A stretch of 64,000 bases of DNA from NCBI GenBank assembly GCA_964628985.1, contig CAZVNJ010000011.1, positions 2,672 to 66,671 of the forward strand. The letters are read 5' to 3'. The stretch comes from an uncultured Dehalococcoides sp. Its GTDB lineage: Bacteria; Chloroflexota; Dehalococcoidia; UBA2979. Of this stretch, positions 20,661-29,142 are shown one piece after another (the first letter of the stretch is position 1; each line of letters starts with the position of its first letter). A program made the position numbers and the translations under genes. The notes beneath the pieces are model-generated. The model saw only the letters and a program-made list of their open reading frames with translations. It did no database searches and was not told the origin of the DNA.

Positions 20661-21590
20661 GTGGACCTCAGCGTCAACCTCGCCCCGCACCACAAGGTCG
20701 AGTTGCGTCTCCGCAACCCGATCATGACCGCCTCTGGCACCTTTTCCAACGGCCTCGAAGTCGCCAAGCATTACGACGTCGAGCGGCTCGGTGCCATCGT
20801 TTCCAAGGGGACCACGCTGAAGCCGCGCCGCGGCAACGGTGTTCCGCGCACCGTGGAGACCGCGGCAGGGATGATCAACGCGATCGGGTTTCAGAACATC
20901 GGCGTCAGCGCACTGATCTCCCAGATCGCGCCGGTCTGGGAGAAATGGGCAGTGCCCGCGATCGTGAACATCATGGGCGAGACACTGGAGGAGTACGGCA
21001 CCCTCGCCGCCCGCCTCGACGGCGTCCCAGGCGTCGCCGGCCTTGAAGTGAACGTCTCCTGCCCGAACGTCGAAGCGGGGGGGATCGAGTTCGGACAGGA
21101 CCCGCGCGCGGCGGCTTCGGTGGTGCGTGAGGTTGCCGCGAACACCTCGCTCCCCTTCCTGGTGAAGCTCACTCCCAACGTGAACGACATCCGGCAAATC
21201 GCACGGGCCGTCGAGGACGCCGGGGCGCAGGGCATCACCGTGATGAACACGGTCCCCGCTCTGGCAATTGACGTGAAGCGCCGCCGCCCGGTCCTTGCCA
21301 ACGTCTTCGGCGGGCTTTCCGGGCCCGCGATCAAGCCGATCGCCCTGCGGCAGGTCTATCTCGCTTCATCCGTCGTGGAGTTCCCGGTGGTCGCTTCCGG
21401 CGGCGCAATGACCGGCGAAGACGTGGTGGAGTTCATCATGGCCGGGGCGACCGCCGTCCAGGTCGGCACGGCGTCATTCCTCGATCCCTCGGCTCCCTGG
21501 CGGATCCTCGATGAACTCGAGACATGGTGCGCCGCCGAGGGGCTGCGCGACCTCGACGAGATCCGAGGCATCGCGCGCCGCCGCGACTGA
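20661..21590 (+). CDS. pyrD: Dihydroorotate dehydrogenase (type 1B) catalytic subunit
   Basis: 309-aa ORF (GTG start). It carries class-1 DHODH signatures (ASGTFSNG, NAIGFQNIG, NVSCPNV, LVKLTPNV, GGLSGPAIKPIAL). Confidence 0.93.
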   Translation: MDLSVNLAPHHKVELRLRNPIMTASGTFSNGLEVAKHYDVERLGAIVSKGTTLKPRRGNGVPRTVETAAGMINAIGFQNIGVSALISQIAPVWEKWAVPAIVNIMGETLEEYGTLAARLDGVPGVAGLEVNVSCPNVEAGGIEFGQDPRAAASVVREVAANTSLPFLVKLTPNVNDIRQIARAVEDAGAQGITVMNTVPALAIDVKRRRPVLANVFGGLSGPAIKPIALRQVYLASSVVEFPVVASGGAMTGEDVVEFIMAGATAVQVGTASFLDPSAPWRILDELETWCAAEGLRDLDEIRGIARRRD

Positions 21591-21753
21591 CTGGGGTCGC
21601 CTCGGCCTGATGTGTCACGGAACCGTCAGATAAGCGGCGTCCGCCCTTACTTCTCACCGATGCGCCTTCGGCCTTGGGCCACCTACGATGTGTATGTCGA
21701 GGGTGAATGGCGGCCGAATCGACCGTCGCTCCCGCACCCGAAACGAGTGGACC

Positions 21754-22581
21754 ATGCCACCCACTGGCGCAGACATTGCCGCACGGGCGGTAATCGAACA
21801 TCCGCTGCCCGCCGTCTTCTACCAGTTGCTGACCCTCAACGAGACCGTGCCCGGGGCAGAGGCCGCCCTTCCGCACATCATTCGCCTGGACCCTGAACTC
21901 GAGGCGCGGATGCGCTCCGTCTCCCGGGCGCAGGCTCCCTGGGCTGAACGCACCGCCGACCGCAGCCTCGAGCAGGGCATCGCCGCTCTCGGATTCCGCC
22001 GTGTGCACTCGGCGGCACTGATGATCTCCACGATCAAGGCGCTTCCGATCGAGACCACTGCGTTCGACTACCTCGACTTCTGGCGATACTCGGTGGCGGT
22101 CGCGTACATCTCGGCCTCGCTCGGGTATGCGCGGCGAGTAGAAGGACGCGAGTACGCCTATGCCGCGGGCCTGTTCCACGACATCGGTCGCCTGATCATG
22201 GAGGAGAGCGACCCCGAGGGTCTGTCGCTCGTACGGACGATCCAGATGCGAGGCGAGGTGCCGTGGCACGAGGTAGAACGGTCTGCGTTCGGGTTCAGCT
22301 CGATCGACCTTAGCCTTGAAATGGTCCGCGCCTGGCACCTCCCACCACCGCTGATCGACGCGATCTCCGGACTAGTGGAGCGGCGCCGTTCTGGGCTCGC
22401 CGGCACGCTTCGAGACGCGTCGCTTGCCGCCCGGGCTCTCCGATTCGCGACCTCGACCGGGCGGAAACAGGACCTGAGCGACGAGGTGATGCGACTCGTC
22501 GATCGCTATTACGGTGGGCCGGATGGTCTCCGCCTACGTGTGAATGCGCTGCTCGAGACGTCCATGATCGCGACCGTCTAA
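21754..22581 (+). CDS. HDOD domain-containing signalling protein
   Basis: ATG 21754 lies within ORF 21688-22581. The HD-related GLFHDIGRLIM motif and surrounding helices are typical of HDOD domains. Confidence 0.7.
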   Translation: MPPTGADIAARAVIEHPLPAVFYQLLTLNETVPGAEAALPHIIRLDPELEARMRSVSRAQAPWAERTADRSLEQGIAALGFRRVHSAALMISTIKALPIETTAFDYLDFWRYSVAVAYISASLGYARRVEGREYAYAAGLFHDIGRLIMEESDPEGLSLVRTIQMRGEVPWHEVERSAFGFSSIDLSLEMVRAWHLPPPLIDAISGLVERRRSGLAGTLRDASLAARALRFATSTGRKQDLSDEVMRLVDRYYGGPDGLRLRVNALLETSMIATV

Positions 22582-22732
22582 CCGACATCGTGGGCATCCC
22601 CTTCGATGAGACGGTGAACGTTGCGATCCCGCAATACGCCGAGGACCGTTTGTTGCTCGGACTCCGTAACCCGCGTGGGAATCTCCGAGCAACCACATCA
22701 GGGCCCCCGCGGCCCCACGTCAGGAGGAGACT

Positions 22733-22885
22733 GTGACCAACGAACCGATGCGGAACCCGCAGCAGGGCGGCCAGCAGGGTCAGGGCGACGAGCAACAGGG
22801 CGCGCGCCAGGGCCAGCAGGGTGGTCAGCAGGGCCAGGGTGGTCAGCAGGGCCAGCAGGAGCAGGAGCGCCAGCAGCAGCGTTAA
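22733..22885 (+). CDS. Gln/Gly-rich micro-protein (50 aa), hypothetical
   Basis: Not in the ORF track because it is under 60 aa. AGGAGG (22722-22727) lies 5 nt upstream of GTG 22733. The translation is VTNEPMRNPQQGGQQGQGDEQQGARQGQQGGQQGQGGQQGQQEQERQQQR, ending at TAA 22883-22885. A strong intrinsic terminator follows 20 nt later. An alternative ATG is at 22748. Confidence 0.5.
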   Translation: MTNEPMRNPQQGGQQGQGDEQQGARQGQQGGQQGQGGQQGQQEQERQQQR

Positions 22886-22905
22886 GGCGCCGCCGCTGTG
22901 TTCAG

Positions 22906-22943
22906 GGCCCGCATGCCAAGTGGCATGCGGGCCTTTCTGTTCT
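22906..22943 (+). terminator. Intrinsic terminator
   Basis: GGCCCGCAUGCCA (22906-22918) pairs with UGGCAUGCGGGCC (22921-22933), a near-perfect 12-13 bp stem, followed by UUUCUGUUCU. Confidence 0.75.
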
Positions 22944-22986
22944 CCTGGCGGACTGCAACGCGTCCCACCGGTAAGATGACGCTCGT

Positions 22987-23063
22987 CGGGGCGTAGCTCA
23001 GCCTGGCAGAGCGCTGCGTTTGGGACGCAGAGGCCCGCGGTTCGAATCCGCGCGCCCCGACCA
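22987..23063 (+). tRNA. tRNA-Pro (anticodon UGG), CCA encoded
   Basis: The cloverleaf was folded by hand: acceptor CGGGGCG/CGCCCCG; D-arm GCUC..GAGC; anticodon stem CUGCG/CGCAG with loop UUUGGGA; T-arm CGCGG-UUCGAAU-CCGCG; discriminator A; then CCA. Confidence 0.92.
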
Positions 23064-23081
23064 CCCCACCACCCGTACGGC

Positions 23082-26000
23082 TCAGGCCGCCTCTTCCACG
23101 GCGTCCCGTCGCTCACCTACTTCCTCGCGGATCGCGTCTCGCAAGGCGCACCAGGCCTCCTCGGCCGGCCCGCCCGCCGCCGCTTCGGCACGCGCCTGCA
23201 CTCGGGCGGCCAGGTCGCTCAGCGGCGTGCCGAGGAACTTGCGTTCCCATGCCGCCGAGATCGCCATCGGGATCACCGACCGCACCCAGAATCGGCCCGC
23301 CTCGATCGCCTCCCACTCGCCACGCAACCCCTGCACGAAGTGGGCGGCCAGCCGGCTGTCCGAGTGCCGAAGGGGCGACTCGATCCGGTTCGAGCACTCG
23401 AGCGGCACCAGCATGCGTGCCTGAGTAAGCAGACCTGGCCTCTGGCCCATCCGCGTGCCCGCGGCCACAACCCAGTGCTGAGCCAGGCCAGCAGCCGCCC
23501 GTTCCTCAGCGGTCGCGCCCGCCAGGAGAGACCGTGCGATGGATTCCACCAGGCGCCCGCTGCGGGAGCGGACGTACGCCGGCGTCCGGTCCGCGGAGTG
23601 CTCGCCGTCCACCTCCGCTACTCGGGTGCGCGCGCCTCCGGCAAACTTCGCCTCGTACATTGCCTGGTCCGCCGCATGCAGGACGTCCACTGGGACGGTG
23701 CCGTGCAGCGGCGCGGCCGCGATCCCGATCGATACAGCCACACGAGTCGGCGACCCCTCAATCTCGAGGTGGGCATCGGTCAATGCGGAATGGACGCGCT
23801 CCGCCACGCGTTCCGCCGCGTCAATTCCGGTACCTTCGAGGAGGACCACGAACTCGTCGCCGCCGGTCCGTGCGACAAAGTCCTGGTCGCGGCACGCAGC
23901 CCGCAGCTCGCGCGCGACGATCCGAATCAGCCGGTCACCGGCCTCATGTCCCAGGCTGTCGTTGAACGCCTTCAGGCTGTCCATGTCGACCACGAGGAGG
24001 GTGCTCTCCCCCCCACGGCCACTGAAGCCCGCCACACTGTGCTCAAGCCGTTCCTGGAGGTAGCGATAGTTGGGCAGTCCGGTCAGCAGATCGTGGCGGG
24101 CGCCATACGCGGCCTGTTCATAGAGCCGCAACCGTTCGATCGTCACCCCTAGCAAGCCGGCAACTTCCTCGAGTGCATCGAGGTCTCCCGAGCGGTACCG
24201 TCCCGCCCCAGAATTCACGAGCACGAAGACGGCGGCCGTCCGGGCGCCCTGCCGGACCGGCACTGCAGCCACTTCGACGGCGTCATCGCCTAGGACGCTC
24301 CAGTCCAGGTAGGCGTACTGCGGATCGTCCCGGCGGATCGCGACGGCTGCGCCCATGGCAACGGGGACCGAGACGATCGAGGACTCCAGCCAGGCGGCCT
24401 GCGCGGCCATCTCCTGTTCCGGGTAGGTTGCATATGGCTCCACGATCCGCTCGTCGTCGTCCAGAAGCAGCATGCACGATCGGTCGAACGGGATGAGCCA
24501 GCGCACTTCCTCGGCAAACGCGGCGAATGCCTCGCGCAGGCTTACGACAGAGGCCACAATCCTGGCGAGGTTGGAGAGCGCCTGGATGTGCTGTGCGCGT
24601 GCGGTCGCCTGCTGGTACAGGGCGGCTCCGTCTAGCGCCAGTGACAGCTGCTCAACGGCGCGCTCAACGATACGCACCTGCTCGTCGTCAAGGTCGCCGT
24701 CGAGGTCAATCGCGACAACGCCGAGCATCTGTCCCTTGGGGCGCATCGGGACCACGAGCCCGGTATGTGCCGGGGGCTCGGCGAATGCGGGGGCCGGATC
24801 GGTCGAAGCCCAGCGGAGCGGGGATCGGATCGCGAACCAAGCGTGCGCCGCATCGCGCGGGTCCACGGTGCGCGGTGGAAGAGCGCGGCCGCGATCACCG
24901 AATGCGGGCACAGCATCGAGCATGCCAGCGTCATCCAGCCGGGCGATGTAGACGTGCCGGTACGGGACGAGCGTGGCGAGCGCCTGGGCGAAGCCGGCCT
25001 GGAGCCGCTCGGTGTCCGCGGACGACTGCATCGTGCGGGCCACCTCGGCGAGTCCCGCGAGTTCCCGGATGCGCTGCTGCTGCAGCGCCTGGAGTTCCGC
25101 GGCTTCTACTTGCCGAGCGAGCGCGAAAGCGACACGCGAGAACGTGTCCGCCATCGTCTCATCCCAACCACTTCCGGTCCGCGACGCGGCCACGAGGACC
25201 CCCGCCAGTGACGCCTGACCCTGGTGGCCGGCGCGGTCCGCGGCGGCGTTCGGCCCGCGGCGGGCGATCACCGGGACCAGCAGGAGTGTCTCCGCCCCCA
25301 TCCCGGCGAGGCGACCAGGAAGGGGCGTCTCCCCCCCAGGGCCCATCACCAGCGCCGTCGACCGGTCACGGACGAGGCCCACCATTGCGTGCGCGCTGTG
25401 CTTGATCCAGGACTCGCCCGTCGTCTGGCTCGACGCATAGGCACCGACCGTGACACGGCGCCCCGTCCGGTCCAGCGTCAGGAACGCCACTTCGGCCGCC
25501 TCCGTCTGCTGGGCCAATAACTGGAGGGCTGCGGCCGCCCCGTGGTCGGCCGGCCCGTCCGCCGTGAGAATGCGGACGATGTCGGCGATCATCCGCTCGC
25601 GCTGGGCGGTCGCAAGGACATCCCGGAACAATCCCGCGTTCTCGAGCGCGACTCCGAGATCCCGCCCGATGATCAAGAGCAGATGCCGCTCGGCGTCTGT
25701 CCACTCGGAGCCCGTGCCACAGAGGGCCAGCGCACCAAGTTGCCGCCCCTTCGCGATGAGCGGCACCACGGCGAATGCCTCCCCCACCGCACCACGCACC
25801 TCGGCGCTCTCCGGGTCCGCTGAAGAGAGGGGCCGGCCGCTCTCCGCTACGGCGCGCAGGACGGAGACAGGGACCTGCGGAGCGTGCGCGTCCGCCGGGT
25901 CGACCGGGACCACCAGGTGAAACGCGCCGAGCACCCCTCCGCGCAGGTGATAGGCCTGGGCCGACCGCGCCCCCAGCAGGCGAGCGACCAGTCGAGCGGC

Positions 26001-26810
26001 ACGCTCGAGTGCGGACGGGTCATCCATTGGCTCGGACAGGGCGAAAGAAACTGCGTTGACGATGGAGAGATACCGGTTGCGCTCCTCGAGGGCTCCCGTC
26101 TGCCGTTCCACCTCCTCGTTCAGCGCCATATTCCAGCGCTCCAGCCGCTCCTTGGACGCGCCGAGGTCCTGCTGTGTCGCCGAGAGGCGCGCCACAGCCG
26201 CGTGGAGCTCCGCCTGGATCGCTGAGACCCGCCGCTGTCGCAGGTAGAGCGCGAGGGTGACGAGCGGGAACGTGCCGAGCGCGACACCCAGTGTCTCCGC
26301 CGAGAGCGGATCCCCCACGGGGGCATCCGACCACCGTGCGTACCACGACCAACCCGGCAGGTACGCGGAGGCAAGGTACGCGGAGGATGTCAGCGCTGTG
26401 AGGTAGGCGAGCGAGCGTCCGCCGAACTGGCCAGGCGCCGCAATGAGCAGGAGTCCGATGAACGTGGGATACATCCACTGCACCGGCAGTTCCGGCGAGA
26501 AGAGCGTGATGAGCAACACGTGCACCGTACGGAAGACAATGAGCCGCACGTCCATCTGCGCGGCCGTCCTCGATCGCTGGATCAGCCAAATCTCCAACTC
26601 AGACACGAGGATGAACGCGACGACTGCCCCCAGCAGGATCCGCGACGGTGGGAACACCGCGGGCGCGGCGAGAGGCACGATGAGCACCGAGGCGGCCAGC
26701 ACTCGGCGCAACCACCACATCGGCCGCAGCGCGACAACGCGCTCCGCGACCTGCGTGTCGCGCGCGTTGTTTGGGGATGCCCCCGCTGGTACGATCTGAG
26801 GAAGCCACAT
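23082..26810 (-). CDS. Membrane-associated multi-GAF sensor diguanylate cyclase (GGDEF) with unassigned C-terminal domain
   Basis: 1242-aa ORF. It has an N-terminal block of hydrophobic helices, a coiled-coil-like linker and several GAF-like repeats. The GGDEF domain has an intact active site (ARTGGDEFVVLL) and an RxxD I-site (RDQD) five residues upstream. A 176-aa tail of unknown family follows. The true start may be the internal ATG at 26720 (MWWLRR...). Confidence 0.9.
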   Translation of the reverse strand: MWLPQIVPAGASPNNARDTQVAERVVALRPMWWLRRVLAASVLIVPLAAPAVFPPSRILLGAVVAFILVSELEIWLIQRSRTAAQMDVRLIVFRTVHVLLITLFSPELPVQWMYPTFIGLLLIAAPGQFGGRSLAYLTALTSSAYLASAYLPGWSWYARWSDAPVGDPLSAETLGVALGTFPLVTLALYLRQRRVSAIQAELHAAVARLSATQQDLGASKERLERWNMALNEEVERQTGALEERNRYLSIVNAVSFALSEPMDDPSALERAARLVARLLGARSAQAYHLRGGVLGAFHLVVPVDPADAHAPQVPVSVLRAVAESGRPLSSADPESAEVRGAVGEAFAVVPLIAKGRQLGALALCGTGSEWTDAERHLLLIIGRDLGVALENAGLFRDVLATAQRERMIADIVRILTADGPADHGAAAALQLLAQQTEAAEVAFLTLDRTGRRVTVGAYASSQTTGESWIKHSAHAMVGLVRDRSTALVMGPGGETPLPGRLAGMGAETLLLVPVIARRGPNAAADRAGHQGQASLAGVLVAASRTGSGWDETMADTFSRVAFALARQVEAAELQALQQQRIRELAGLAEVARTMQSSADTERLQAGFAQALATLVPYRHVYIARLDDAGMLDAVPAFGDRGRALPPRTVDPRDAAHAWFAIRSPLRWASTDPAPAFAEPPAHTGLVVPMRPKGQMLGVVAIDLDGDLDDEQVRIVERAVEQLSLALDGAALYQQATARAQHIQALSNLARIVASVVSLREAFAAFAEEVRWLIPFDRSCMLLLDDDERIVEPYATYPEQEMAAQAAWLESSIVSVPVAMGAAVAIRRDDPQYAYLDWSVLGDDAVEVAAVPVRQGARTAAVFVLVNSGAGRYRSGDLDALEEVAGLLGVTIERLRLYEQAAYGARHDLLTGLPNYRYLQERLEHSVAGFSGRGGESTLLVVDMDSLKAFNDSLGHEAGDRLIRIVARELRAACRDQDFVARTGGDEFVVLLEGTGIDAAERVAERVHSALTDAHLEIEGSPTRVAVSIGIAAAPLHGTVPVDVLHAADQAMYEAKFAGGARTRVAEVDGEHSADRTPAYVRSRSGRLVESIARSLLAGATAEERAAAGLAQHWVVAAGTRMGQRPGLLTQARMLVPLECSNRIESPLRHSDSRLAAHFVQGLRGEWEAIEAGRFWVRSVIPMAISAAWERKFLGTPLSDLAARVQARAEAAAGGPAEEAWCALRDAIREEVGERRDAVEEAA

Positions 26811-27024
26811 GCCAGACGGAATCCCCCCCTATGTGCTCGTCGCCCGGATCGGCTCGATCCTCGGCATGTCGTTCGCCCTGGCGATCGGCCTGCTCTTGTT
26901 GATTGGCGGCTGGTTCCTCTGGTCCCTACTCGCGTTCGCGGCGTTCGTCCCGTCCTTCGGCATGATGGCGTACGTGGAGCGCAAGGCCGCGCCGGCGATG
27001 CGCCGCGGGCCGCCAACCGCTTAA
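26809..27024 (+). CDS. Small hypothetical membrane protein
   Basis: 71-aa ORF with two clear hydrophobic helices (IGSILGMSFALAIGLLLLIGGWFLWSLLAFAAFVPSF). It is divergent from the GGDEF gene. No strong SD. Confidence 0.4.
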   Translation: MPDGIPPYVLVARIGSILGMSFALAIGLLLLIGGWFLWSLLAFAAFVPSFGMMAYVERKAAPAMRRGPPTA

Positions 27025-27104
27025 ACCCCGGTCTCCATCATCGGCAGCCCGGCGCCGGCCACGAGCCAGGCGGACCCGGCCAGCGTGCGGACGGCAACGC
27101 GGAA

Positions 27105-27131
27105 CTCCCCGCCGAAATCATCGGCGGGGAG
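27105..27131. terminator. Perfect 10-bp hairpin between convergent genes
   Basis: CTCCCCGCCG (27105-27114), loop AAATCAT, then CGGCGGGGAG (27122-27131). There is no U-tract, so a terminator role is inferred only from its position between convergent transcription units. Confidence 0.4.
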
Positions 27132-27171
27132 GCCAGGATCTGAACTCAGGGAGACCCCGAAGGGTCGAGGG

Positions 27172-27675
27172 CTACGCCTCGGTAATGGTCACGCCGAGGA
27201 TCTTGTCCCCCGGGGAGCTGTCGCGCTCCGGGTCGCGCGGCCGAAGGGCTAGGACGGCCTCCAGCCCCTCAGTCACCTGCCCGAAGGCGGTGTACCGACC
27301 CGTGAGGTGCGGCGCATCCCCGAGCATGATGTAGAACTGCGACCCGTTGGTGTTCGGGCCGGCATTCGCCATACCGACAATCCCCTGGACGAAGGGCGTG
27401 GGCGACAACTCATCCTTGAAGCGATAGCCGGGGCCACCTCTACCGCTCCCCGTGGGGTCGCCACCCTGAGCGACGAAGCCGGGGATCACGCGGTGGAACG
27501 TGCAGCCGTCGTAGAACCCCTCGCGTGCGAGGAAGACGAAGTTGTTCACTGTCGCGGGCGCCACATCGGTGAGCAGCTCGATGGTGATGTCGCCGCGATC
27601 CGTCTTCATCACGGCTGAATACTTCTTCGAGGTGTCGATCGTCATCGGAGGAGGAGTGTCGTACTGCTTCGCCAT
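27172..27675 (-). CDS. Peptidyl-prolyl cis-trans isomerase, cyclophilin type (cytoplasmic form)
   Basis: 167-aa ORF with cyclophilin signatures (FHRVIPGFVAQGGDP, GIVGMANAGPNTNGSQFYI). Confidence 0.93.
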   Translation of the reverse strand: MAKQYDTPPPMTIDTSKKYSAVMKTDRGDITIELLTDVAPATVNNFVFLAREGFYDGCTFHRVIPGFVAQGGDPTGSGRGGPGYRFKDELSPTPFVQGIVGMANAGPNTNGSQFYIMLGDAPHLTGRYTAFGQVTEGLEAVLALRPRDPERDSSPGDKILGVTITEA

Positions 27676-27679
27676 GCGG

Positions 27680-28507
27680 CTATCCCTTCTCGACGATCGT
27701 GATGCTCTTGATCACGTCCGCCTTCGGCTGATTCGTCTTGGTGGGGTCCCGCTTCGTGATTTGGTTGACCACGTCCATGCCCGCGATTACACGCCCGAAG
27801 GCGGTGAAGTCCGCCTGCAGGCCGGGCTGGGGCGTCAGAGTGATAAAGAACTGCGAACCTGAGACACCGGCGTTCGACTTCGCCATCGCGATCGTGCCGG
27901 CCGCGAGCGGGACACTGTTCCGTTCGACCTCAAGGAAGTAGCCGGGGCCGCCGAAGCCGCTGCCCTGCGGGTCACCGCCCTGCGCCACGAAGCCCTCGAG
28001 CACGCGGTGGAACGTGAGCCCGTCGAAGAATCGGTTCCTCGCGAGGAAGACGAAGTTATTGACCGTCTTCGGCGCTTCCTTCGGGAGCAGCTCGAGCCGG
28101 ATCTCGCCGCCCTTCTCAAGGGCGATCACGGCCTCGTACTGCTTGTTCTGGTCGATCGTCATGGGTGGCGGCGCACTGTATGAACGCTGCGGGGTGGCCG
28201 AGGGCGTCGGCGTCGCGCTTCCCTCCGGAGTGGTCGAGGCCGTGGCCGTCGGTGCGGGCGTCGGCGTCTCCCGCGGTGTCGAGGGATTCACGCTGAAGAA
28301 GGTCCCCGCGCCGAGGCTCAGCAGCAACACGACGATGCCACCGATGAAAAGCAGCCGCATGTTGCGCTGCATCCATCCCATGATCCCGGGGAACTCGATA
28401 TTCGACCCACCGGCCGGGGCCGCAACGGGCGTCTGGCGCTGCACTCGGCGTTGGCGACGGCGCTGGAGTTTCTCCTGCTGCCTACGGTCATGCCGGTCGT
28501 TGGTCAC
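27680..28507 (-). CDS. Peptidyl-prolyl cis-trans isomerase, cyclophilin type, with N-terminal membrane anchor and Pro/Thr/Ala linker
   Basis: A basic N-terminus is followed by one TM helix (LLFIGGIVVLLLSLGAGTFF), a PT-rich linker and a cyclophilin domain (FHRVLEGFVAQGGDP, IAMAKSNAGVSGSQFFI). Confidence 0.9.
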   Translation of the reverse strand: MTNDRHDRRQQEKLQRRRQRRVQRQTPVAAPAGGSNIEFPGIMGWMQRNMRLLFIGGIVVLLLSLGAGTFFSVNPSTPRETPTPAPTATASTTPEGSATPTPSATPQRSYSAPPPMTIDQNKQYEAVIALEKGGEIRLELLPKEAPKTVNNFVFLARNRFFDGLTFHRVLEGFVAQGGDPQGSGFGGPGYFLEVERNSVPLAAGTIAMAKSNAGVSGSQFFITLTPQPGLQADFTAFGRVIAGMDVVNQITKRDPTKTNQPKADVIKSITIVEKG

Positions 28508-29019
28508 TCATGTCCTCCACGCGCATCGGGCGAGGCCGGGATCCTCGCTCGGATCGCGGCGCACAACGCCTCGGGCTGCCGGCTGGCCAGGTGGGTGCGC
28601 TTTCCATCGCGCGTCCGCACCAGTACGCCGAAGCGTACCCCGGGCACGGAGTAGGCGCGCCGCCTCCCGGTCGCGAGTCGCAAACCCCACCCGCCATAGG
28701 TCAGCCACCGGTACGGCTCGACCTCGGCCCCGATGACCTCCACCCAGCGCCGCGTCGCGCCCATGGGGCCCCAACCGTAGTGAAGCGCGGCGGCCGTGAC
28801 TTCGATGCGCAAGGCCTGCAGCCAGAGGGCGAGCAGCACGAGGACGAACGCGAGCGTGAGCAGAAGGAGCACACCTATCACGCGCGAAATACCCGTCTCG
28901 TCACGCCAGACCGCCAACGCCCCCACGACCGCGAGCGGGGGGCAGAGCCAGAGCGTGGCCATCAGCCACCACGGATTCGGTACGGACTCGGTATAGATGG
29001 AATCAGTCGAGGCGGTCAT
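28504..29019 (-). CDS. Hypothetical membrane protein (two TM helices plus small beta-rich C-terminal domain, possibly bacterial PH-like)
   Basis: 171-aa ORF whose stop overlaps the start of the anchored cyclophilin gene by 4 nt. The annotated ATG abuts the 3' end of the upstream tRNA, so the real start may be the internal ATG at 28962. Confidence 0.55.
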   Translation of the reverse strand: MTASTDSIYTESVPNPWWLMATLWLCPPLAVVGALAVWRDETGISRVIGVLLLLTLAFVLVLLALWLQALRIEVTAAALHYGWGPMGATRRWVEVIGAEVEPYRWLTYGGWGLRLATGRRRAYSVPGVRFGVLVRTRDGKRTHLASRQPEALCAAIRARIPASPDARGGHE

Positions 29020-29093
29020 GGTGCCCCCGGCAGGATTCGAACCTGCGCACCCGGCTCCGGAGGCCGGTGCTCTATCCCCTGAGCTACGAGGGC
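29019..29093 (-). tRNA. tRNA-Arg (anticodon CCG), CCA encoded
   Basis: The reverse complement folds as follows: acceptor GCCCUCG/CGGGGGC (one G-U pair); D-arm GCUC..GAGC; anticodon stem CCGGC/GCCGG with loop CUCCGGA; T-arm GCAGG-UUCGAAU-CCUGC; discriminator A; then CCA. Confidence 0.9.
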
Positions 29094-29142
29094 GACGACC
29101 ACGAGGAATGTCAGGATACGGATGCCCTGAGGGGCGGGCAAT

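Noticed and set aside
20168-22338. Minus-strand ORFs 20229-21197 and 21436-22338 opposite pyrD and the HDOD gene, and ORF 22310-23116 crossing the micro-ORF, its terminator and tRNA-Pro.
   Set aside because: They overlap well-supported features, including a tRNA. The poly-Leu stretch in 22310-23116 is simply the antisense of the CAG/CAGGGC repeat.
22760-22880. Short tandem CAGCAGGGY / GGTCAGCAGGGCCAG repeats considered as a CRISPR-like or satellite repeat.
   Set aside because: The repeat units are 6-15 nt, have no spacers, are in frame, and are flanked by an SD and a terminator. The repeat is explained by a Gln/Gly-rich coding sequence.
22621-22974. 117-aa plus-strand ORF (TTG start) overlapping the Gln/Gly micro-ORF in another frame.
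   Set aside because: It reads straight through the strong intrinsic terminator to within a few nucleotides of tRNA-Pro, has no SD, and has an Arg/Gly/Pro/Ala composition. The SD-led 50-aa frame explains the locus better.
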